DNA of 64,000 nt from positions 1,575,746-1,639,745 of the forward strand of contig MU055549.1 in the NCBI GenBank assembly GCA_013239625.1, in the 5' to 3' direction. The notes under the pieces were generated by a model. It worked only from the letters and a program-made list of their open reading frames with translations, was not told where the DNA came from and did not search any database. Position numbers and translations under genes: made by a program. Source of the DNA: Lama guanicoe. Taxonomy: Eukaryota. Every line of letters starts with the position of its first letter. Position 1 is the stretch's first letter. Below, in pieces: positions 11,447 to 23,649 of this stretch.

Positions 11447-14400
11447 TATGATGTTACCACACGAGCGCTTTGTTTCCAGCTCAGGGGGTTTGTAACCACC
11501 TATGATTTTAATTCAGATTTGAAAATATGGTCATGATGATTTCATGGTCCTTTTAGCTGCTTCCAGGCCCTTACTTTATTGGCCGACACCTACTTGGGCG
11601 CATTATGGTGGCAGAGGTGACCCCCAGCAGGAGGTGGCCTGGGGGGTGTGAGCCACAGGCAGGTGTCCTGAGAGAGGCCTTCGGAGGAGGAGGTCCCACT
11701 GCCACCTGCAGCTGTGACAAAGATGAGCTTCTGCCAACACTTCTGAATGTTTGCTTGTCAAACATCGCCCTACCAGTTTACATTCTTCTAAAACTTTCTT
11801 TTTTGTAGGAAAAAACCCCCCACATTTCTTAACTTTAAATAAAGAAACAATTTCTTTATGTTCCGAGTCAGAGAAAAATAATAAGAAAAATCCATTGAAA
11901 TATGGCAAATCACAATAGGGTTGATGTCTTCCTTAGATAAGCAAAAGTTCTGGGACGAATAGGACACAATTCCTTTGGGAAGAAGCAGAAACAAAGCGTA
12001 AAAAATAGTAAATGGGAAAGAAGCACATAACAGTAGCCCTGACAGTTTAGGTCTTTTTACTTGTGTTCCGTGCATTTTGTCTTGGCACCTATTTGGGAAG
12101 GAAAATCGGCCCATCCTCTATTATTTTTCATGTCCCCCCCCAGCTAATCAAACAGAAAAGGTTCCGCTGAGACCATTCACAAGGACAGGAGTCAGTACTC
12201 CCACGGCTCCCTGAGGACACGGACGAGGAGCCCTCAGGCTGTGTCTCCTCTCCCGCTCTCAGGGAGCGAGAGCCCGCAGCTGTGGGCCGAGGACCGTGCG
12301 GAGCTGGGCCCACCAGGAGGCCCCGGGCGCCGCCAGCCTCAGCGCAGTCGCACGGTTCACGGCCAGATGGTGCGGCTTGGCCGCTGCTGCTCTTACCACC
12401 GGGAAAGCCAAGTGCTTCCAGCCACCCGCCCGCCAGAGACGGCCAGAAGCAGCAGGGAGTGTGGCCCTGGACCATCCTGCCTCCCATCTCGCCCGGTGCA
12501 TCAGCTGCTGGAAGCAAACCTTGCCCACGAGACATGGACCAGGACGGGGCCCCGCTCTGCGGTCCCGAACCTGCCGGCTTCAGGCTGGAGACGCCAGCCC
12601 ACGGGCTCCCCTCCTCCTGGTCCTTCTGTAGCCGCACCGTCTGACCACAGGTGAGGGTCTGGATTGCCCCAACGCTGAGTAAATCTCACAACACAGTCTT
12701 GAAATCACAAGTGCCCTCACCATTCAACACAGACGGTTGAGCACTATTTCTCCAACATTAAATTTCGGAATTACCAATGCCCAGCTCAAGTCACTGCTCC
12801 TGCAAGCCCAAGCTTTGGACGACAGTGACTGGTTCCATGTGGTCAGAGATCTCATGTGCACGGGCAGTGCACACACTCATGAAAGGGGGTGGACGGAGGG
12901 CCCCCCTTGAATGTGAGCTACCCTGCACCCGGGACCCCCATGTGGGTCTAGGCTTCCTGTGGTCCTGCACCCAGTCTGCTGTCCAGGGCGCTGTGCCACT
13001 GCCCCAAGGAGGTGGCTCTGCAGGAGGTACCTGGAGGCGCTCCCCAGGGTGCTGGAGGGGAGGAAGGATGCAGGCATGGGGGGCAGAGGGAGGAGGGGCC
13101 TGCCCTGCAGAGCCGGCTGTGTCAGGAGCTGGGATTCCATCAGAGGCAAAGCTGAAGGTCTGGGGAAGCACAGAGCTTGAGGGGAATGGCTGGAGGGAGA
13201 AGCGGAACAGAGGTCCAGCTCCATCACGAGGGCCGAGCTTCTCAGCTGCAGGTATCTGGCCTGAGGGACTGTCCGCTCAGCAAAACCACAAACCAAACCA
13301 AACCTGCAGGTCTGGTTATTTACGCGTAGACTCACCGGTCTTATGAACGTGGCAACAATTCGTGTGAAAATTCCTGAGGCCAAATGAGCTGAGCCCCTGG
13401 GCAGGGCCCGTCCCCTGGTCTGGGGTCTGAGCTTCTGGACCGGCGCGTCCTGCGTCAGCCTTCCATGTCCTTTGGTGGAAGCCGGAGGAGGGGCCCAGAG
13501 GCGGCAGGACTGCCCAGAGACTGTGGCCGCTGCATTTCCCCTGCATTTCTCTTACTGAGGCCCAGACCTCCGATTTTCCAGGACTCACAGGACAGTCGTG
13601 TAATATTTAAAAAACGAAAAGTGGAATTGACATCTAAATAATTCACGTTCTCTCTCTTTCTCTCTCTGCCTCGCACAGGAGGAAACGGTAGCTGGGGGAA
13701 GCAGGAACCGGAGGTGGGAAGTACCGCTCCAAGCTATCGTGTGGTTTGGCATGAGTTGGGGCCGCCCCCAGAGTCGAGCGCTCCTGGGGTCCCCGGGAGG
13801 CTGACAGGGAGTTGACAGAGAAGGAAGCCCAGCACCACCGCACACCTGCTGCTTCTCTGGGTTCCAGTTCTCCCACCACCTGCCAAGCCAGAGAGGGTGG
13901 GGAGCCTGTGGACACGCATCGCTTGCTGGGACTTCAAACAGCAGTCATTCGCCGTGTGCCCGACACCTGAGGGCTGGCTGGGGTCGAGCGGCTGACCCTG
14001 AGGCAAAGACACAGGGCAGGCGGGGAACCGGGGCCAGCCCTGGCTGAGACCCGCCCTTACTTGCCAGAACATCCCTGCATCGTCACTGTGTTTAATCCAC
14101 TGTAGAGACTTCGTGTAATCTAATCCTATAGAGAGAGAACGAATGGGAGAAGAGCCAGTGTGTGAAGGAGCAAGAATGGAATTCTGGTGAGAAAACTGCT
14201 TGGTAACAGCTAACATTGTGCTCACGGTGAGCAGACTTAAATGTGTCCAAATTAACGTATATTCATTTCAAACAGACGTTAATTAAACAAGCTACAGCCT
14301 AATTTTCTGGGTCTGAAATGATTGTCTGCCAAGCTGAGACAGCCGTGAAGTCAGGAGACGACAGCTAGGACGTCCTCTGAGTTACTCGCCTGCTGTGCTC

Positions 14401-15099
14401 AGGGAAGATGCCCCCTTCCGGCTTGTGCTGCACTGTTGATGGGTGTACCTGTCCCGTGAACTCAGTGTCTCCTTACGAGTATTTCCAGTGAAAGAAAGTC
14501 CGACCATGGTTTGGGGTGAATTTAATCATCCTGCCCTTGCAAAAGTGCATCTCCCCCCTTTGGAGGTGGAAGGGTGGAAATGTCTCCTTGCACGCTTGCT
14601 ACGCACCAGTCACAGCCTCACAGGCGGCCTGCAGCAGAGCCCGGGTTTGAATGCAGGGCTGCAGGTCTTGGAGATCTAGGTGCGTCTCGAAGAAAGTGCC
14701 CTGTAGTCAGAGGAGGAGGGGACAGGGCGCTCTGCTGCAGGGGCCGAAGATGCACTCCTCGCCCCACTCTGCATGTGACTGCAGGCAGTGGACACCTCTG
14801 GCCCCCTTTCCTCCTGCCAGAAGACGGACCCAAAGGGGAGCCCTGCCTCCCTGCAGCCCACATGGAAGCAGAGAAAGCGCCAGGCACCCTGGGTGGGCTT
14901 AGCTTCTCCACGGCAGTGGGCGGGCGCACCCAGGTCATGAGGAGGTGAGGGAGGGGCTGCGTGCTGAGTCTGGGGGTTTATAGTCCTATGGAGACGAGCA
15001 TCAGGAGGAGAGGCAAGGGGACGGGGCTGGAGATGAACCGGCGCAGGAGAGGGGCTGGCACCCGCCCCGGTTCACGCCCCCTGCATTCGCATCCCCGCT

Positions 15100-15250
15100 C
15101 TGCCATCCTGCTGGGCTGAGCCAGGCAGGTTACTGCCCTCTCTGAGCCTCCGCGCCTTCATCTGCAAAGTGGGGATGATAACAATGTCGGTTTGTTGCAG
15201 GGCTAAGTGAGAAAGGCGCGCACCACGCTCAGCACGCAGCAAACGCTCGC
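15100..15250 (+). mobile_element. MIR SINE relic
   Basis: GGCAGGTTACTGCCCTCTCTGAGCCTCCGCGCCTTCATCTGCAAAGTGGGGATGATAACA matches the MIR core. Confidence 0.7.
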
Positions 15251-16019
15251 CGTGCTGACCACCCGAGGGGAAGCCAGGCTGTGTACGCCCTTTAGAGTGT
15301 CAGGGTTCTGGAGTGTTCACCCTCACAGTCTGGCACCTTGGGTGCCTTGGCTGTTTATTCAAGCTTCAAACGGTCCACTGGGCTGTGTGTGCACATGAAT
15401 TTAAGGCCATTTGGCTGCTGGGTGTGCAGCCCGGGGCGGCCCGCTCACACAACAGCAACAGAGCTGCCTCCTGTGTCCTTGATTCGGTTCAGCAGCAGCC
15501 GTATTCACGGCGTCTTGGTCCTCGAAGCCTCCGGTTGCAGCCATAATTTGAGAAGACAAAGTCTCCTAAACTTGAATGATGGGCACATAAACAGTAATGG
15601 CCGGGGGATTTGGAAGCAGCTTTGACCCAATGTTCTGGTCAAAACTTGGGCAGCTGCCCAGACTCGGCTGCCCCAGCCCCTTCAGAGCAAGTCCAGTCTT
15701 GCCACCTTTGTATGAACGTGAAGGGGAAGTCTTCACTCCGCCTCCCTGACTCTAGATTCCTCTTTGAAAATGCATGTTCTCTGGGCTGCACGTTGGTTGC
15801 TGCTGGAAGCCCAGGCTGAGATCAGGGCAGATCCTTCGAGCAAGCCTGACTGGACTCCAGGTCCTCTCTACTGACTTTTGGGAGCCTCACGGCCTGTCCT
15901 CCCTTACGTCTACTCTGTGCTCACAAAAGTGTAGTCGGGAATAGGAGGGGGGCAGGAAGCTGAGGATGGGACTGGAGTCATTTGCACCCTCTGGTGTGGC
16001 TTCACCCAGTCACGTGACG

Positions 16020-16577
16020 TGACAGCAGGACAGTGGAGGGTCCTGCCACACAGCCCCCCCACCTCCGTCCCTGCCCCACTCACTGTTCAATTTCTTACAC
16101 CATCCACTGGAGAAGGCTTCCCATCTTCCACCGAATTCACGGGCACTCAGGCCCATTGCAGTTGCTATTGGAAGGCAACCACAGGAGATGAGGTTCGTGT
16201 GACTCCAATGCCACAGGGATGGAGGGAAGCAGAACAGATCAGATCCTGGGCTCAGGGGAACGTGCACTGGGCAGGAGGAGCCTGGCAGGGGCAGAGGGCT
16301 CCACTCTTCCGTGGGAGGTGCAGGAAGTGGGGCTGTGCTGCCCCGCCAGGCTCCTCATGCTCCGAGACTTTCCTCTGAACGCAGGATCTGATCTGCTCAC
16401 TTCCTGCGCGTGCAAGATGCACTAAGGTGAGCCCAGGACTAGCCCTGCCCCCTGCCCCCTGAGTGGAGTCCTTAGGACCCTCTCGCGCTCGTCCTGCATG
16501 CCCCTCACTGTCTCCCCAGAAACCCCTGTGATGCAGCCCTGACTCAGAGTCAGTTTCAGGGAATCCACTCTAAGACA
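16020..16577 (+). mobile_element. ERVL-class LTR (LTR16-like)
   Basis: Ends CTCAGAGTCAGTTTCAGGGAATCCACTCTAAGACA, a typical LTR16/LTR33 3' terminus, directly followed by GTTGGT (internal start). 5' boundary uncertain. Confidence 0.55.
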
Positions 16578-17345
16578 GTTGGTCTTAGAGCTGTCCAAAC
16601 ATGAAGGCTGTAGAATGGAATCTGAGAATCGGATCTTTCCCCCAGTAGATGGAAATTAGGGTCTCAAAACTGATGGGAATCGGGGCATGGGTACCTCCTG
16701 GCACGTTGGTTGCAACAGTGCAATTGTTAAGACATTTGCTGTTGATCAGAGCGGTGTCCAAGCTGAAGAGGACGTACGAGCCAGTGTGAGTGAGTGCTCA
16801 CCACGAGGGCTGCAAGGGCTATAAGATGGGGCAGCTGCTCCTGGGGAACTTCGGTTCACTCAAGAGATGGAGTGAGAGTCTCGGGGTAATTAATCACCAG
16901 TTCAAGGCAGATTCCTGAAAGCAGAGGGTCCCTGGGCCGCTTGCAGGGAAATCGTGAGCACCCAAGGCCGGAGGGCAGACGGGCAAACTGTCAGCTTAGC
17001 CTTAGTGGGAAGACACCAGAGACTCAGAGAAGGTGTGTTTGCAGGCTGGCTGGTCTCCGAGGTCAAAGTCGGCTCCCGGTTAAGGAGGGAGGGGGCTTGA
17101 GACTGGAATGGGGCCCCACGGGTAGATGCAACCAACAACCTTACACCCTCAGACTCCACTGTCCCCATGAGATTGGAAGAGTGACCCAGTGCACTTTTTC
17201 AGGAAACAGCTGAAGGCAATTCCAAGACCACAGATGAGACAGGTGCTCTACAAGACAGTGCTTGTCCCCTTCAGGACCTAGCTTTGCCTCCCTTCCTAGA
17301 ACCCGGGCTGGTCACAAGGGCCGAAGTGCAGCCCAGGACTCCTGC
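16578..17345 (+). mobile_element. ERVL internal region, leader/gag relic (ERV3-16A3_I-like)
   Basis: GGGGTAATTAATCACCAGTTCAAGGCAGA..GAAAGCAGAGGG and CCTTCAGGACCTAG..CCTCCCTTCCTAG resemble the recalled ERVL-int consensus. No intact ORF. Confidence 0.55.
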
Positions 17346-17384
17346 GTCGGCCATCATGACGTAGCTGGCACTGAGCTTCCCCTT

Positions 17385-18410
17385 CTTCAGTGAACAACCA
17401 GCAAATAGGACAAAGTGCGTGAACATTTGCTTTCAGACACTGGACACCAGCGGGACGGGACCGTCATCCTGAGAGAAAGGAAACCCTAGGAGTGCTTGGC
17501 TTCCCGCCTGATGGAATTTTCCAGAAGGCTGCACAGGGACTGAGAATCGGACCAGAGCAAAGCGTCCTTACTGAGGAGAAGAGCTGGAAATAGAACGTCA
17601 GGGAGGCCAGCACGGTTGAAGTTTCCAGGGCAGAATCCCAAAGGGAAAAGTCATAAAGAGAAAGAGCCCCCAAGATCTGCATAGGAGAGAACGTGGAGCT
17701 GTAAACGCGCAGAGTCAGCCTGCGGGAGCCAGAGACCAAGCGTCACGGGAAGAGCAAGCGTTGGAAGCAGAGACCGCTCCATCCCCAGAGCTCACGTCAG
17801 ACCCGTGCTGTCGGAGCTCTTCCGCCGGGTCTCCCGAGGTATTCAGCCGAAACGCCGGACGGCTCACACTCAAGGAGGACGAGGGCTGCTCTGGGCCCGA
17901 GAATGGGTTACTCTAGAGCTGCTCTGACAGAGTTCAAAAAGAGCTTTTATAAGATCAAGCCAATCTGGAAATAAGTCAACTGCTTGCCAAGGCAAAACGC
18001 AACACCCTTCCGAAAATAAAAGCCGTATCAGGCACTCAGTGACGTAAACTTCAAAGCATCCAACGCTTAATTAAGAATGAGTAGACAGGCCGAGACAGGG
18101 AAGTGTAAGCTGTAACTGAGAGGGTGACTAACTAATGAAAACTGACCCAGAAATCAAAGAAGCGACAAAACCAGCAAACAAAACCTTGAGAAAAATTATC
18201 ATAAGTTCCAATTCAAGGCAAAACGTGAGAAGAGAAGACACCGAATTAAGTCGAGTGCAGTTTGTCGATCTAGGGATTTTTATACAGTACAGAGAGAACA
18301 GTCCCCCCCCAGGCAGGCTCAGCAGATCAGACGCTGCAGAAGGAGGTGCCAGCACATTTGAGGACACAGTAGCCGACGCTGCCCTCACTGGAGGCAAGAG
18401 AGAGAACAGG
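17385..18410 (+). mobile_element. old L1M 5' region/ORF1 relic inserted into the ERVL
   Basis: A-rich + strand with GAAAACTGACCCAGAAAT..AGCAAACAAAACCTT and CAGCAGATCAGACGCTGCAGAAG..ATTTGAGGACACAG, typical of L1M ORF1 remnants. Confidence 0.6.
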
Positions 18411-18499
18411 TTAGACAAGGCACCCTGGCAGCCACCCCAGCATCGCAGCCCCTTGCCCAGCGCGGGTACCACTGAACCTCCGTCCGGGCTCTGCTTCCA

Positions 18500-18725
18500 G
18501 GCACACCGCCCAAGGCCACTTCTAGCAGCTGGTGACTTGAAGACCCGTCTGTCTTTCCTACGAGGACAAGATAGGCCTGCTTCAGAGGCCGCTGCCTCAT
18601 GACACACGGCAAACAGCTGGGGCGAGTCACTAGATTGCCTGGGCCCTCCTGGGGGAGACAGCACCTCATCCTGTGACTGGGGCACCGTGACCTTCAGACG
18701 CGTTCCCGATGGACTTGGATTTTCA
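18500..18725 (+). mobile_element. ERVL pol (integrase-region) relic
   Basis: Degenerate match to the DNA encoding the ERVL integrase N-terminal/WQVDYIGPLP...GIDTYSG region (GGCGAGTCACTAGATTG..GGGCCCTCCTGG..CTCATCCTGTGACTGG). Frameshifted. Confidence 0.45.
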
Positions 18726-19139
18726 GGGTTTCATGTATAGGATAACTTTATGGCAACTGTTGACAATAAAAAAAAAATTAAATGCCTGGGGCATGCTTCT
18801 TCTGAAGCAAAGGTTCAAAGTTACAGGATTTTAGCCCGTGAGAAGGCTTGAGAGACCAGTGAAAAGCGTGGGGCCCTGGGAAGGCCCGTTTCCTCTGCGC
18901 ATCTTCTAGGGGAGACACGGTCCTATTCCACACAAAGGGCTGCCTTCCTCCAAGCAGGTAACGAAGCCTGAGCTCTCTGTTCCTCGTGTGTCTGTGTTTC
19001 CAGCCAGGGTTGCGGCAGGGCCCCAGGGTGAGCTCCTGAGCTGGGAGGCCTGGCGCCTTCACGCAGCACTGACCCCGGGCAAGTTCAGTCACCCTGGTCA
19101 CCCTCCCGGTGTTGGACCCTCATGCCGACAGCAGCAAAC

Positions 19140-19600
19140 AGTGCCCTGGGGCGTCAGAGTACGGCAGCAGTGGTCTCTGCCTTCATGCAACTTCCGTTTT
19201 ACAGGAGAGAAAGCCGAGAGGTGGGCAAAAATAGTGCCGCGAGTGTGGGGAGGCGCTGAACAGCAGCTCCGACGTGCTGGTGGGACAACGGGGAAGCTGG
19301 TCTCTGTGGCGTCGACCAGAGCTGGCAGGGGCATCACTGAGCTGCAGGAGGAGGAGGGAGCCGGCCGTGCAGAGCCGAGAAGATCCCTGCGGGGAGGGGT
19401 GAGCAGCCCAGGTGGAGAGAGCTTGGCCGGCCCTGGGGGCGGACGGCAGGGCTCCGAGGGAGTGGTGGGGCGGGCAGGCCGCAGGGTCTCCCCGAGTCAC
19501 ACAAGCCTGGGTGATGCAGGAAGGTTCGGGTTTGCTGCAGTTCTCAGGGGGCTGAGGAACTCTCAAAAGCTTTCAACTAGACGAGCGACATGACCTGACG
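19140..19600 (-). mobile_element. L2 3' relic
   Basis: GGTCTCTGCCTTCATGCAACTT.. and AAGCTTTCAACTAGACGAGCGACATGACCTGAC resemble the antisense L2 3' end. Confidence 0.5.
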
Positions 19601-21029
19601 TGCCCCGGGAGAAACACAGGGAAGGGGAGCCGTAGCCTTGGGTGTGGGGTGGGGGCAACGCGACACCAGACCTCACAGCCCCGCAGCCTCCTTGGTGGCA
19701 GCACTTGCTGCGCAGGCCTGCTGCGAGGGCCAGAAGAGCCACGTGCGTCTTGCCGGCGCACCTAACTGCTTTCTGATGCGTTATTGTTGGACGTCACTCA
19801 GTGCACGTGAAGATCTCTGCCACGGCTCGAGTCGCAGAGGAAGGGAAGTCAGGCGCTCTTCCTGGTTTTTCAAGTGTGTCGCTGGGAAGAGTGCAAAGTC
19901 TGGTGCGCCCCGAACCCTCCTTGCCATCTCGCCGGCTCTGTGCCCCAGACGGTCAGCCCCAGGGACCGCACCACTGGGCTCCCGACTTCCAGTCCGGTTG
20001 GGTTGAGCAATCGATCATCCGGAGGAAGGATGAGGTGGGGGAGGGAGGCGGAGAGGTGGAGGCGTTGGTTCCCCTTCCCGCTGCTCCCTGCGTTTCTCCC
20101 TGCCTTGTGCCCGCAGCTCCAGCAAGACCAGTCCTGCCCCTCACTCCGTAAGGCTGCGGATGGTGGTGCCCCGTTCTTGCTGGACCCTGAGTGCCTGTCC
20201 GCTTCTCCGCCCACACCTCTAAGTGCCCCTTCATCCAGCTCTCTTCAGCTGGACCATGTTGGGGGGGTGCCACCTCGTTCCTACCAGAACCTCAACCAAC
20301 ACAATGACATTTATAATCGTACCCAATGTCATCCTGCCTTTTCACATTCTGTACAAGGCACAGCCCGTGGTGAGTTGTCCAGAGAAGGGTCCAAATCAGA
20401 GCGGTCATCTGCTAGAGGCGGCTGTTAACTCAGCTTGAGGGTCAGAGCCCCGTGACCTTTAACTGCCAGGCCTGCATCCCGTGACGCTGGAGAGAACTCT
20501 GAAGAGGCGTTCTGAAGCAGCCCCGCCTGCTTCTTCACTCGCTTGCAAATTATCCGTAGGCATTTATCGTGTGAACTGTTTTTTAAAAAGCTTTAACTGC
20601 TCTGCAAGGGTAGCTGAAAGCCTTAAATCGTTGCTCAAAGAAGTTAACCAAAGGTCTGGAATGAAATTCACTAATTTTACCGTAAGTGCATTGCTATTTA
20701 TGCCGGTTCTTAGTGGAAAAATAATGCACAATCACCTTTAAATGTTAGTACTTGAGGAGCGAGAGCCACTGCAAAGTTAGGTACACTTTTAAGGTTTCAA
20801 TAAGCCGCACTTTGCCTGGAGCCCGAGGATTCCCGGGAAAAGGCACGTCTGGTGTGTTTCGGGGTGACAAATGCCTGATGCCGCCGTGTTCTTCCGCCCT
20901 TTGCCACGAGGCCACCCCTTCAGGGAGGTGCTTCGCCCTCCAGGTTGATACCACGGCTTCGCCGGGCGGGCATCCTGTCTCCAAACAGCAGTCGGGAACA
21001 CTTTCTCTTTAGAAACTCCATTTATCTTC

Positions 21030-22010
21030 ATTATGTTTCCCTATTACAAAAGATTATGCAGTAACACATGCTAACTTTAAAATTCAAATATCACAAACAC
21101 GGTGAACTTAGAAACAGACGTCAGAGAGGATCGGTGTTGAAAATACCGTGCCTGTGACTTCAGAAGCCCTCCTCTGCGGGGACTGTCACTCTGGGCGCGT
21201 TTGTGTAACGATGGGTAACACTTGTTCATCGTTCTCTACGTGCCTGGATTTGTCTAGTATTTTATGTGGATTAGTTCACGAGACGCAGGAAATTGTGAAA
21301 TTTGCTCAGGGCTGCCCAAAGCCAGGGTCTGGCTCCGGACACTCAGACTGCGGGGTCCCCTAGGGACCAGCCCCACACGCACTTAATGACAACCCCACTG
21401 TTGCACGGCGACACGGCTCACGATACGCTTGGGCGTCTGGTTTTGTTTCAACTTAACCGCGTAACCAAATTGTCTCCAGATGCCACATTTTTGCAGTGTG
21501 TTTTAGTGGCCGCAAACTGCACCCCTTGTGTGGGTGGCTGAGGAGGTACGCACACGGCCTTCTGTTCCTGGACGTGTAACTTGCTTGAGCCCCTTTTTTC
21601 CTACCACGCCCAGTGCCGTGATGACGGCCCTGTTGCATCCTCGTGTGTGACCCTGGGATGGCGTCGTCTTCGTCTGATAAACATCAAGCAGAAAATCTAC
21701 CGCATCGCAGAACGTACACGCTTGTCACTTTGTCAGACGCCGGCAGGCTGACGCTCGGCTCCCAGCCAGTCGGCGGGAGAGGCTGTCCCCGCATCCTCCC
21801 TGAGCCCGGTGCGGCAGGTTTCCTTCTCCTTCGGTCTTTGCCGTCCGTCCGACAGACGCTGGTAGCTGGTGCTGTTTCATTTGCATTTCTTTGGTTATTG
21901 GTGAGGTTGAGTGTTTCCTCACCCACGTGTCGACCGTCTCCTTGGCTTTCTCTGGGCGTCTTTTATCCTTATCCCTTTTTCACACTGACTTTTTAATTTT
22001 GTTATTTTGT
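21030..22010 (-). mobile_element. old L1M 3'/ORF2 relic, antisense
   Basis: TTTCATTTGCATTTCTTTGGTTATTGGTGAGGTTGAG is a typical antisense L1M signature. Confidence 0.6.
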
Positions 22011-22199
22011 AGGCCCTCCTCTGTGGAGGATATTGCTGGATTGGCATGCAGCAATTAGAAGCAACAGAGTAGATACTCACGAATCAGCGTAGATTATGGA
22101 GTTGAATGAATAAGTGAAAAATAGAAGCCGATAGCACTGCATTCTGTGTAATTAAGGTAACACATGGGTGAGCTCCTCTGGAAGTGGTGGGCAAGGTAA

Positions 22200-22870
22200 T
22201 TTAGATCAACGCCACCACTGAGAACAATTAGAAGTGCTGAGAAAACTGTGCTGGGGAAATTGAGAGAGACCTAATTAAATGGAGGGACGTGTGACGTGCA
22301 TGGATTGGAAACTGAGTACTGTAAGGCTGCCAGGCTCCCCACGCTTGTCTATAGAGGCAATGCAATGCCAGTGCAGACACCGGCGGGTTTTGTTTGTTTT
22401 GGGGTTTTTTGTTAATATTTTTAAATAAATTAACAAGCAAATCTTAAAATTTATGTGGAGTGCAAAGACCCCCCCCCCGTCAAGTCCATATTGAAGAGAA
22501 AGCAAAAAGCGAGAGAACTCCCTTACATCGATACTTACTGTCAATGAGATTCAAGAAAGTTTGTGATCAAAGTCAGGATGGACCCGTGAAAGAGGAAGCG
22601 ATCCAGGTGCAAACTCGCGTCTGTGTGGATGCACGACCGGCAAAGGAGTGTACGTGGGGGCGGTCGGCTGACGACCCGCACGGGGAAGGGGGAGTAAAAT
22701 CTTCTCCTGTTCACTTCTAACACAAACACTAATCCTAGTGGACAGCAGTTCTAAATGTGAAAAGCAAAAGTAAAATTGTAGGGGAATTTCCATTGCAAGA
22801 TAGAATTAAGCCGTGGTAGCATCAAGACTCCTGCTGCGGACAAGAAGGAAAACAAACCTGTAGTTTAGAG
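22200..22870 (+). mobile_element. old L1M ORF2 relic
   Basis: GAGACCTAATTAAATGGAGGGAC..CATGGATTGGAA..CTATAGAGGCAATGCAATGCCA..ATCTTAAAATTTATGTGGA. Confidence 0.75.
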
Positions 22871-23256
22871 GATCGCGGGCACCCTAGAAACCTGTCTCCT
22901 CCAGGGCTGGTTGCCAACTCTGGACACAAGGAAGCAGGCTGAGGATTCGGGCTTTGCCTGAGCAGGAAACAACAAAGCTCTGGGCGTCTCTCGGGCTGGA
23001 GACCACAGCGTGCGGGCCTGGAGGCCTCACACGCGGCTGGCATGCTGGCTTACAAAGCCTCTGAAGATGAGAAAAGGTTCTCCAGGGGGTTGCAGTGCTG
23101 AGAGGACAAAAACCGCTCAGCCCCCACCGAGGGACGCGCCGCCAGCCTCTCGGAGAGGCACTCCGGAGGCCTGCGCCGCGGAGGAAGGCGGATGGAGGCC
23201 GGCGGGGCCGCGCCAGGACTGCACCTTGGTCTTGACTTAGCTCAGCTCTTGTTTAG

Positions 23257-23554
23257 CCCAGATAGTCAATATTGTCAGCTCTGCAGACCTCGAGGTGTCT
23301 GTCACCGCTGCTCGCCTCTGCGACAGAGGGACAGACACTGCCAGAGACGACGTGTAAACAGATGAAAAAGGCTGTGTCCCAGCAAAACCATTTACAGACG
23401 TGGAGGCTTGAGTTTTATATAATGTTCATGTCACGTCTTCTTTAGATTTTAAAAAAACATTTAAAATGTAAATGCTATTGTCGGCACACATGTCACAAAC
23501 AGTCAGACAGCAGGCCAGGCCAGACCTGCCCTGGGGGAGGAGTTAGACGCCCTG
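23257..23554 (-). mobile_element. MER58B-like hAT-Charlie DNA transposon relic
   Basis: CCAGATAGTCAATATT...GGCTGTGTCCCAGCAAAAC...AAACATTTAAAATGTAAA...GGCCAGACCTGCCC...CCCTG. Confidence 0.75.
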
Positions 23555-23649
23555 GTTTAGATGCAGGTGCTCATCCCGACTTGCTCTGCCTGGCAGAGGC
23601 AAGGTGAGCGCTCTCTGGATTCGATGGCATCCTTTGCGGTTGTATACAC

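Noticed and set aside
11620-12375. CTCF sites (CCAGCAGGAGGTGG near 11624; CGGCCAGATGGTGC near 12360)
   Set aside because: Each has two mismatches at informative positions; not distinguishable from background in GC-rich DNA.
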